A stretch of 64,000 nucleotides of DNA from Blastocladiella emersonii ATCC 22665 (lineage: Eukaryota; Fungi; Blastocladiomycota), in assembly GCA_025594325.1 (NCBI GenBank), contig JANHCV010000008.1, positions 620,001-684,000 of the forward strand. Reading direction: 5' to 3'. The notes beneath the pieces were generated by a model. That model saw only the letters and a program-made list of their open reading frames with translations. It was not told the origin of the DNA and ran no database searches. Each line of letters begins with the position of its first letter. Positions within the stretch are counted from its first letter, which is position 1. Below, in pieces: positions 22,290 to 32,578 of the stretch. A program made the translations under genes and the position numbers.

Positions 22290-25200
22290 TCACGGCGCCT
22301 CGGCAAGCGGGAGCTCCTCGAGGAGGTACCCGACGCGCTCGATCTCGTCGTCGGTCATGGGCTCGCCGTACGTCTTGAGGAACGCGACGAGGTCGCCGCC
22401 GAGCTGTCCGGCCGCGCGCGTCTCGTTGACGGCGGCGACCACGTCGTCGGTCTGCACGGGCACCGCGTCGCGGTAGTTGAGGAAGACTACACTCAGTATA
22501 GATCGTCAGTACCCTGCTCCCACTCGGCCCGCGCCCCGTCGTACTCTTGATCAAGTCATCAAACCCAACCGCCTCCTCCTCACCTCTCTCAAGGGCGCGC
22601 AGACTGAGCTGGGCGATCATCTGCTCGATATCGCGCTCGCTCGGGAAATGCCCTAGCGCGCGAAGCAGGGCGGGGAGCTGTGCGAGACTCACCTTCTCCC
22701 TCAACCGGTGCGTGACGCCGGGCACGTTCTCGCCGTCCTCGCGCAGCTGCGCGTAGTAGAAGAGGTCCTCGAGGTGCCGCGTGACCTCGGCGTCGCCCGT
22801 CGGGTTGATGAGGTAGTTGAACGGTGCCATCCCCTCGCCGCCGGCCGCCGCAGCACGCGCATCGAGCGCGCGCGGGTGCAGGCGCCACATCTTGACGACC
22901 GCCGAGTCCCCGACCGCGTCGCCGCCCGCGGTGAACGCAAAGGCGCCGTCGTGCGACAGCGCGAGGTCCGCGATCGCGTCCGGGTGCGCCAGCACGCCCA
23001 TGCTGCGGTGCGGGTTGCCGTCGTGCGGGAGCGCGACCAGGCCGAGGAGCTTTTCGTGCGTCGCGAACAGGAGGTACGCGCGCTGCGTCGTCCCGTTCTC
23101 GTCGGCGGCGCGCGTGAACGGGCGAAGCCACACCATCGGGTGCCGCGAGAACAGGCCCGCGAGCGTCGACTCGCGGCAGACCAGCGTGTGCGCGTTGTAC
23201 GTCTTGAGCCGCCACGCGTCGCTCGCGACCAGCAGCGTGTCGCCGTGGATCGCGGTCGCGGTTGGGACCGCCGTTTGCTCGATGCGCCGCAGCTGGACGA
23301 TGCTGATCCCGCTGCTCGACGACTCGGTGGGTTGGTCGGCGGTACCGAGCGACGCGGGCCCGTACTCGACGAGCATGCGGTCCTTGCCGACGGACATGAG
23401 CCGGTACTCGCCAAACACGCCCGCCCCGCCCTCGCCGCCACCCGTCCCCGGCCGCGGCGGCGCCGCGTGGAACCACATCCCGACAACGTCGCGCTGGTGC
23501 GCCTGCGTGCGTCCCACGAGCTCACCGCGGCCCGTATCCTTATCGAACCGGACGACGGCGACCGCCTGCTTCGCGTCGGCGCACGCAATCCACTTGCCGT
23601 CGCCCGACACGGCGATCCGGTGCACCGCGCCCGCGGCCGAGACGGCAACGGGGTCCGCGAGATCCTCGAGGTCGTCGCCCATCACCCTTAGTACGCCGCG
23701 GTCTGAAGCGACGAGCAGGCGTCCCGTCGCGGCGTCGTGCGCGAGCGACGTCACAGCCTCGCCGTTCGGGAGCGTGCGGCGTGACTCGACGGTCCGCTTC
23801 GCGTAGTTCCACAGCAGCAGGAGGCCGCCGGTGCACCCGATGGCGAGGAGTGGGAGGGTGGGGGACGGGCTCAGGCACGCGATGCCCTGCGGGATGCCCT
23901 CGACGAGGCCCGTCACGAGGACGTGCTGGCTGCTGTTTGGAGAGGAGGAGGACGGGGATGGCGCGCGCGAGAGGTGCAGGATGCGCGCGTGGGCCGTCGC
24001 GACGACGAGGCCCGGGATCCGCGGGCCGTCGAGGAACGCGTCGGGCGCCGCGCACGAGATGCTCAGGATCGGGCCCGCGCGGAGTTTTTCGAAGAAGGTG
24101 ACGAGGCGGAACTACCGAGTTCGGGGAGCGTGAGTGCGGGTTGCATGGACGGGGGTTGGAGGGGAGCGTACCGAATGGTCAAAGAAGCGCAGGAACCCGT
24201 CCTCGCCGCCCGTGACGATGAGCCCCGAGTCGAGCGGCTCGAGCACTTGGATCCCGGCGCTGTGGACGTGGCTACACAACGCGCGGTCAGTCGCCTACAC
24301 CCCGTTGTCGAGCCCGCAGGAACCGTACTGGTGCGTCTTGATCAACGTCCACGCGCTACCGCCCTTCGCACGCGTCCAGACCGGCACATCGCCCGCGCGC
24401 GTGGCGCCGACCGCGAGGTCCTCGTTGATAAACGCCGTGACGGTGAGCTGCGCCTTGAGCGCGAACTCGTCGACGGGGTCGAGCGGCGACTCGGGGCGCG
24501 ACCAGTCCCAGAAGTGGACCGTCTCGTACCCGTTCGAGACGAGGCGGTGCGGCGAGGTAGGGGAGAAGCGGATCGACAGCTGCGGGTCGGGCGTCGGGAC
24601 GGGGGCGGAGAAGACGGGGTCCGAGGTCGGGGTTGTCCAGTCCCAGATGCAGAGCGTTTGCGAGTCTGTTGCGCGCTTGAGTGTGAGTAACGTGCGGGTG
24701 GATCCCGGAGCAGTTCGCGCGTACCTCCATCCCCGCCGATCGAGGCGAGGTACTTGGCGTCGGGCGACAGCGCGAGCACCTGCGCGCCGTGTCCGCCGTG
24801 CGGCGCGAAGAAGGTCTTGATCGGGACGCCCGTGGCGAGCTCCCACACGAGGATCAGCGACTCGGACCCCGTGTCGCTCGTCGCGGCCCACCGCCGGTCG
24901 CGCGAAACGGCGCTTGCGGCGATCGGGTTGCACTACACGCGTTTGGCGGTGTGAGCGGTGGTTGAGGGACGTTGTGGGCGGGTTCGAGCGTACGTGGCCC
25001 TGCAGCACCGTGAGCTTGCGGTGGCCCGGGCGGTGGATGATCACGTTGTTTGCCGCGCAGTAGAGCACCGTCGGGTGCTGGCCGCCCGCCTAAACCGAGT
25101 CTGCGTGAGGACAAGCGCAAGTCACGGAGGAGGACCCACGTACGAGCTCCTCGTTGGGGCTCACGACATGGACCGAGCCCGGCAGCTGGTTCGACAGCCC

Positions 25201-25324
25201 AAAGACGTGCTCGAGCTCCTACGAGGCGCGTGCGCCGAGCGGTGAGCGAGGGCAACCCCGTGCAAGCCGGCGCGTCATGACGCACGATGGGCTGCCTTGT
25301 CTGTTCCTGCGTGGATACTGGCAT
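22290..25324 (-). CDS. CFAP251: Cilia- and flagella-associated WD40 protein, CFAP251/WDR66-like (multi-exon)
   Basis: ELEHVFGLS, QGH-CNPIAASAVSRDRRWAATSD, DKDRMLVEY, LPHDGNPHRSMGVLAHP, FYYAQLR, LRALGHFPSERDIE, C-terminal EF-hand-like LKTYGEPMT. Exon boundaries inferred. Confidence 0.85.
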
Positions 25325-25535
25325 CGTTCAAGTTGCATCAAGTTTTGCACGGGCAACAAGAAGTGAAAAGAAGAGAGGAGAGGGGCGAAGCGAGGCGCGC
25401 TCTCCCACGGGGGCCACGCGTTGCGCCACACTTGCCTCCCTGGTCGCTCGTCACGCCTGGTCGCTCCAACGCCGTCCTTTTCGCCCTTCGCTCGCCGCTC
25501 CCTCTCTTGCTGCACCCCGATCGCACAACGTAACC

Positions 25536-26043
25536 ATGGAAACAGAGACGGTCGCAACTTTATCAACGAACAATACGCCGACGCCACGTCGCCCGCGGCG
25601 TGGATCCCCGTCGCGGCGCCGCACACGGGCGCTGTGATCGCGCGGTGCCCCGACTCGTCGCCCGCCGACGTCGACGCCGCTGTCCAGGCCGCCAAGTTGC
25701 GGTCGCCGCCGCCGCTACGACCTGGCTGGCACTGACACGCACACACGTAGCAGGCCGCGTTCGGCCCGTGGAGCGCGCACGCTTAAGGACCGCGCGCAGA
25801 TCCTGCTGCGGTACCACGCGCTGATCACACAGTACGCCGACGAGCTCGCCGACCTGATTGTCAAGGAGCACGGCAAGACCAAGGCCGAGGCGCTCGGCGA
25901 CGCGGCCAAGGGCAACGGGACGGTCGAGTACGCCTGCTCGCTCCCGCAGCTCGCTGCCGGGCGTATCATGGGGGTGTCGCGCGGCGTCGTGTGCCGCGAC
26001 CTGCGCGTCTCGCTCGGAGTCACTATCAGCATTGTCCCCTTGG
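25536..26043 (+). pseudogene. N-terminal fragment of a methylmalonate-semialdehyde-dehydrogenase-like ALDH
   Basis: NFINEQY, DVDAAVQAA, RAQILLRYH, ELADLIVKEHGKTKAEALGD, VEYACSLP, LGV..SIVP. Frameshifts and a damaged intron; truncated before the catalytic core. Confidence 0.8.
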
Positions 26044-26177
26044 GTTGTGATCGGCGACTTGCTGGGGGCGTGACGATGAACAGGGCGACTCGTTTCAGCG
26101 GCTTCCCACGCCACGCCGAGAGCGACACGTCCTCCGCGCCCGATGTAATCCTCGGTCGCTACTTGGATGAAAAACTC

Positions 26178-28104
26178 ATGGACTCTATGCAACGCAAACT
26201 TAACGTAAGCGAGATCCTCGCCGACATTCTTGTGCGCGCCGTCGCGATGCACGACCTACGCGACTCGCACGGTCTGCTCCAGTACGTGCGCGTGCTCCCG
26301 CGCCGCAGTGCCCCCGAAGTGACCCGGCTTGTGCTGCAGCGCTGTCCGAGGTTCAGTGCCCCATTTGCTACGGCCAGCGGTAATCTGGCGCTTCTGGAAC
26401 TCATCCGCGAGTACAAGGTTGAATCGCGTCTTCCCCCGCTGGTACACGCGCAGGCGCTCAATGTCGCGCTGGGGCGAGGCGACGAGGGCGTGCTGGCGTT
26501 CTGGCGCGAGTCCGAGCTTGGATTTCTGTCTCACGAAAGTATTTCGATGCAGCTGCGGGTTGCGCTCGACCTAAAGCATCCCGCCGAATCAGGCGTCGCG
26601 CCGGGTGACGCAGCTATTGCCCGGGTCGCTGCCGACATTGGCAGCGGCAAGCTCACCGAGTTATCAATCGCGCAGAAGCGAATCACTTCGAGCGGAATTG
26701 CAGCGCTCAACCGTGCCCTCGCGATGCCCAACCAGCGAGTCGAGTCAGTCACGCTCGACGCTTGCGATTTGGATGCTTCTCGTGTGCTCCAGCTCCGCCT
26801 ACCGCCTTCGATCACCTCGCTTGACCTCTCTCGCAATCGGTTTGGATGGACCAACGCGGACCGTGCTCACGAGGGTCTGGGAATGCTCGCTGCGGGGCTT
26901 CGAAACTTGCGCATGTCCAGCTGTTTCGTGTCCAGCGATTTCATGGCGCTGCTCAGCGCCCAAACTTCGGCCCCCTCGTTGGCGGCACTTGACTTATCAG
27001 GAAACACGCTCGACAAGGCCACAATCCTCCGGCTCATGGAACGACTTCCGCCCACGCTGCGCAGCCTCGACCTGCACCGCTGCTCGCTCAGGCCAGCTGC
27101 GGCCGCCATCGTCGTCAAGTACCTGCCGGTTGGGCTCACCGACCTCATTCTCTCGGGAAACAAGATAACCATGGATTGCGCACAGGTGCTTGCGGGCCAG
27201 CTTCCGCTTGTCCCAAACCTGCGTTGCCTTATCCTGGTTGACTGCTCGATGTTCGATTCAGCGATGGGCATCATCGTTTGCGCCCTTCCGGATGCTATTG
27301 AGGAGCTCGATTTGAGTGGAAATAGCATCGACTACGCGACGTTGCCTGCACTTGCTAGACGCGCCCTGCCGCGGCTCACAACATTGGGCCTCGCCCATAC
27401 CCGGCTTCAAGACAAGTCTGCAGCGATGCTGATCCGAGGCATACCGCGTACTCTGACTTGCCTCAACGTCTCCTCCAACACGGTGTCTGGAAACGTGTTC
27501 ACGGGTGTGCTCGACCAAATCTCGCGGACTGCTCCAGGGTTCCAGTCGCTCACGCTCAACAATTGCCAGATGCTCCATCTGGATCTCGCCGTATTCGCGC
27601 AATCCATGCCGCCGTCGCTCACCGACCTGACTCTCCATTCCTTCGGAGGTGTGTTTGGCAACTGCGACGAATTTTTCGGCGCCTTTTCGCCGCCAGCGTT
27701 GACGCGGCTGGACCTCTCAGTTGGAGTAATCGCTGTGTCATGGCACATGCGTTTTAGTCCACTCTCGCTTCCCTTCTTCACTCTCGGGCACAGTTTTTAC
27801 CGACGACGACTTTGACTCGCTCGCGTTCTGGCTGTCGAATATTGCGACGTCTCTACATGCGCTCGGTCTCTCTGGGTGCCGTTTGAACGACGGAAACGTA
27901 GCCCGCATTGTCCCCGCGCTGCCCCAGTCGATCGTATCGCTTGATTTGTCTGGCAACATGTTGCACGACTCAATCGTCGACCTCCTGCAGGTGCAAGACC
28001 TCCCGTTTCTGGTCGATATCAATGTTGCGAACACGGGCTTGACGAACCAAGGAAAAGCTCGACTCAACGCGCTCCTCGAACAGCGAGCGTGTGAGCGGCA
28101 GTGA
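26178..28104 (+). pseudogene. LRR protein with ankyrin-like N-terminal region, copy 1; frameshifted by a 67-bp insertion
   Basis: MDSMQRKL start shared with 32579 and 51793; many LxxLDLSxN repeats. Frame restored by removing 27719-27785. Confidence 0.88.
27719..27780 (+). other. 62-bp insertion flanked by a CTCTC duplication, matching sequence at about 62451-62517 (minus strand)
   Basis: CTCTC at 27714-27718 and 27781-27785. Insert AGTTGGAGTAATCGCTGTGTCATGGCACATGCGTTTTAGTCCACTCT..CTTCCCTTCTTCA is near-identical to BTB copy C. Confidence 0.85.
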
Positions 28105-28189
28105 TGTGTGTTACGCTTCGTTCAAGTGGTGCTGATCGTGGTAATCGTCCACCTGATCTCGCGTGTTACCGCCCGCAACCGTCTTTCCA

Positions 28190-29967
28190 GCCCACCGCGC
28201 TCCCGTGGCGCCGCTCTCCGCCCTGTCATCTTATTTCTCTTCACTCCGCCTTGGCTCATGGGCGGGGACAGGAATACACATCCCTGACTACTTGTATCCT
28301 CGCCTCATCGCCTTCTCGAGTCGGCTCCTCTGGGTGTCACCGCTGGGAGTCGCGGCCGCCGTCCGCACGGATCTGGACACGCCCTTTACAGTGCGTTGGC
28401 GCGGCAGCGACCTCAACTCGGACCCACGACGCGCTCTCTGCCGCCTACATGGCGCGTGACATGACTTGCTGCTTGCCCTTACCGCGGCAGCTGACGTCGC
28501 GCCGGCGCCCATCGACGTCCCCGCCCTCGCCACTGCGCTACGGGGTGGCCCGCGTCGCGCCCGCCCGAGCGAGTCTCTTGCGGCAAACTCGCTCCTGAGC
28601 TTCCAGCTCCGCGCGCTCGCAGGCCAGTTGCCGACCCGCGCCCGTCTGCACCAGTTCTGGCCGCACCGCTACGAGTCGCCCAACTGCGCCGAGTGCCTCA
28701 AAACTGGTGTCGAGGTCGCCGACACGCAGGCGCACGCGTTCGCGTGCCACGCATGGACGCGCGATTATCGAGATGTGCCCTGTTGCGGCGGTCCTCAACC
28801 TCGTGCCCCACAAGAAGGAGTTCATCGTGAACTCAGACGCGGACGAGCACGCGTTCATGCTGTTCCGCGACCCGGCCGTTTGCCGTGATCTTGGCGTCTC
28901 CGTGATGAGCTGAGATACCTTTCATATACCTTCACTCGTTGCATGGACTTGCTCGCGATTCCTGCTCTTTGAGCCAGCCTCGTGAATTTTGAGAGCGGAT
29001 GGATGGGAGTTACGTCTCTATTTCGACGCGGGCGCTGGAAATGACTCTCGTGCGGGCATTTTTTTTTCCAGGCAGCGGGGCTTAGGTAGGCATTTCGGGG
29101 TCCGCATTTATTCGATTTTCGCTAAGGTGAGTTTCGAGGTGGCCCCGCCCACGCCGATTTATTTTACAAGCACCGAGGAGGCTCTTCAGGCCCGAAGTGG
29201 TCCCTCATTTCAGAAGGGGTCGCGATCCTCAGAAGAGGGCCCACCCGCGCTCAATCTGGTCTCCCTTCCGCCCGATCTGGCCCCCGCTGCTCGACGCCGG
29301 AAACGCTATCCCACGATGCTGTCCCACCTCGCGCATGCTCGTGTCCGCGGCGCTCGACAACGCCGCTCGCGGCATCGGCAGCGCCCTCGCGGCGGTCGCC
29401 GAGGCCGAGATTGGTAGCGGCCTCCGCGCCAGCGTCGCCGGCTCGCTCGGCGAGCAGCTCAGCAGCTCAAACTGTATCAAACGTACCGCGGCCGCCGTCC
29501 TGGACGCGCCGGTCGCCGCATGGTTCAAGCGGCATGGTTCAAGCGGATGTACAACCACCTACGCGAGCTCATCGACCCGCGTCTCGCACTCCCCGCCGCC
29601 CCGGCCATCGGGCCATAGCCTCGAACGCCGTGCGGTAGCATGCTCGGCGCCCGCGCTGCAACGCAATTGCTGATGCAGCGCCCGTGGCCCATGACGGTGC
29701 CCTGACGCCAATTGACGCGAGCGACCAGATGCACTGCCCTCCGGCGCGCTGTGCTGCGTTGCGCTGTGCTACGTCGCGCTGTGCTGCGACGCACCGCTCT
29801 CCGACCCCGGCGGCAAGTACTGCCATAGCGACGAGGTTCAAGACTCGTTCAACAGGCGCTTACCGGCGATTCAAGCGATTGCCCACCCGCACGGCGCAAG
29901 CGCCCCTAGTGGCGCGGGCTTTAGCCCTCGATTGAAAACCAAACGCGAAGCGTTTAGGTGGCTCAAG
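28190..29967 (+). mobile_element. 5'-truncated composite: degenerate non-LTR retrotransposon 3' fragment (zf-RVT region) ending in the Helitron-type 3' terminus
   Basis: SFQLRALAGQLPTRARLHQFWPHRYESPNCAEC...DTQAHAFAC; homologous to 30700-31830; interrupted by unrelated DNA at about 28760-29300; subTIR 29916-29931, hairpin, CTCAAG end at 29967. Left boundary approximate. Confidence 0.7.
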
Positions 29968-31831
29968 TCGAGGTCTAAAGCCCTCTTTCTAGACCGGGTC
30001 GCTGCTGGATAGGGTGCCGACGCTCACGTGAGCGCGATCCACGTGAGCGACCCGAAAACGCGTGACAGACGCGTCGTTTCTCATGTGACTGCTGTGGCGC
30101 AACGCGTCCTGGCCTTGCACGTGATCGGCCTCGGCCCAACCCCCGGAAGCGCGTCGCTTGACGCTGTTCCGCTCGGCCATCGCGGAACGTTAAACGCTTT
30201 GCACCGACCCTCGACCAGGCCCGCGAGACTCCGAGCACATGAAAGCGTGAGAGATGCAGAAGCGCGGTAAGCCGCTAACGGAGCCCGTGCTTGGCGTGCG
30301 TGTTGGAAAACGGAGCCCGTGTTCGGTGCACATCCTTAAACGACGCGGTTCACCTGGGAGCCGCTAGCGCAGGCTCGTTGACGTGGGCGCGAGTTCAACG
30401 GTTGCACCGAGAACGACTTGCGAGGTCCCATGAACGTGAGTTCGAGTGAGGACTGCGAGGTCGAGAGATCCACTCTTTGAGTTGCGGTCCGTTACACGGA
30501 CGTGTCGCTCCGTGGCTTGGGTTTGCCAGACGTTGCAGCGGGCGCAGACGTCTTCGTGAGCGGATCGCAGGAGCTCGCTGTTCGCGTGGGTGCGGGTCCG
30601 CGCAACGTGCTCGCTCGAGTGGGCCGTGCTCCGCTGGATCATCGCGGCCCGCGAGCTCCAGGTCGAGAGGGTCCGTGGCCACGCTGTGAACTTGGAGAAT
30701 GAGGAGGCCGACGCGCTCGCCAACAAGGGCTGCCGCGCATCTCCCGCTGTGAATCGCCGTTGCCGTCCGCGCGGACCTCGATGCGCCCTTCACGGCGCGC
30801 AGGCGCGGCTGCAACTTCAACTCAGTCCCGCGACGCGCTCTCCGCCGCCTGCACGACGCGCGACACGACCCGCTGCTCGCTCTGATCGCGTCCGCTGGCA
30901 TCACGTCCTCCCCCATCGATGTCCCAGCCCTTGTCACTGCGCTTCGGGGCAGCACGCGCCGCATCCACCCGAGCGAGTCCCTCACCGCGAACTCGCTCCC
31001 GTGCTTCCAGCTCCGCGCGCTCGCAGGCCAGCTGCCGACCCGCGGCTGTTTGCACCAGCTCTGGCCGCACCGCTACGAGTCCCCCAACTGCGCCGAATGC
31101 CCAAAAACTGGCGGCAAGGTCGCCGACACTCAAGCGTACGCGTTTGAGTGCACACTCTTCGCGCGCAATCGTCTCCGCGGCACTGGACGACGTCCGCATC
31201 GCAAACGCCCTCGCGGCGGTCGACAAGGGCTAGATCGGGGGCGGGCTCCGCACCAGCGTCACTGGATCGCTCGCCGAGCGCCTTCTCAACCCAAAACACA
31301 TGAAGCACCGTGGCCGCCATCGTGGACGCACCACTCGTCGCGTGGTTCAAACAGCTCTACTGAGACGAACCCATCGATCCACGCCTCGCGCTCCTGCCGC
31401 GACGGCCATCGCCTCGAGCGCCATGCAGGAGCTTGCTTGGCGCCCTCGCTGCAGCGCGATTGCTGATGTCGCGCCGGTGACACATGACGGTGCCCTGCCG
31501 CCACTGAACGCGAGCGACCAACCGCACCATCCTTTGTTGAAGCGCGCGCATCGCGCAGCAGGGGAACGCGCTGTGCTGTGACGCGCAAAGCTGCGACGCG
31601 CAAAGCTGCGACGCGCAAAGCTGCGACGCGCAAAGCTGCGACGCGCAAAGCTGCGACGCGCAAAGCTGCGACGCGCAAAGCTGCAACGCGCAAAGCTGCG
31701 ACGCGCAAAGCTGCGACGCGCCGTGCTGCCACGCGCGAAGCTGCCACGCGCAAAACGGCGCAAGCGCCCAATGTGGCGTGGGCTTTAGCCCTCGATTGAA
31801 AACCAGACGCGAAGCATCTAGGTGCCTCAAG
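29968..31831 (+). mobile_element. Complete non-autonomous Helitron-type element (HINE/DINE-1-like) carrying a LINE RNase H/zf-RVT fragment
   Basis: 5' TCGAGGTCTAAAGCCC plus about 185 bp shared with 11954ff; VRGHAVNLENEEADALANKG (RNase H C-terminus); LPTR..C..C..H..C; 15-bp minisatellite; subTIR 31780-31795, hairpin, CTCAAG|T. Confidence 0.8.
31581..31755 (+). repeat. 15-bp minisatellite (ACGCGCAAAGCTGCG), about 11.5 copies
   Basis: Nine near-perfect units 31581-31715, then degenerate units; no spacers. Confidence 0.95.
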
Positions 31832-31904
31832 TATAATATAATATAATCATTACAAGGTAAGTTGCCATGCGCGGAGCTACCCCGAGGTCGGAACGCCCCG
31901 GAGC

Positions 31905-32090
31905 CGGACGCGTCGCGAAAACACGTGACGCGTGCGAGACACTATGCGAGACGCGTTTCGCTCCGCTCGCTCGACCAGGATCTCTAACACCCAAGCCAAT
32001 TCTGAGCTTCAATCAGCTTATCTAGTCTCTCTCCGCCACGTTCACACGAATCCGAACCCTGGGCGTTCTCAATAGCCGTAACAAAGCGCC
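31905..32090 (-). pseudogene. Degenerate copy of the last codons and 3' flank of the HECT gene
   Basis: Minus strand FVTAIENAQG..V*, versus FTTAIENAKGFGLV*. The following ACTAGATA and CGAGACAC/ACACGTG blocks match 34980-35125. Confidence 0.7.
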
Positions 32091-32578
32091 GTCCCCTTGG
32101 ATCGCGTCGCTTGATCTGGTTGGAAACCCCATGGACGACAGGATTGTGAACGCGCTACATGCGCAAAATCTGTTGTTGCTCGTCCAAATTTATGTCAATG
32201 AGACGCGCGTGACGAGCCAAGGGAAGTGTCAGCTCAAGACGCTTGCGGTGCAGCGCGCGCTCGCTCGCCAGTGCGCCGCTGTTCTCCAAGCAAGCGGGTC
32301 AGCATCAATGACCACGCTGACACGCGCGGATTGCGCACTGCACTGCTAAAGCCCATTGCATCGAACCCACGACTTGACCGGGATCGAGAGGTGAATGAAT
32401 GAATACATACAATACATGACTGTGATCTGATCTGGGCTGTGATTCGCGCCGCAGGGTCACGCGGAACTGACTCGTTTCAGCCGTCTCCCACAACGAAGGC
32501 GAACCGCTCTCCCACCGCAATGGACGCTCTCTCCCCGCCACGCATGTTATCTTATGAACCGAAATAAATGAAACACGC

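Noticed and set aside
31581-31755. CRISPR-like array
   Set aside because: Contiguous 15-bp units with no spacers, no cas genes, eukaryotic context.
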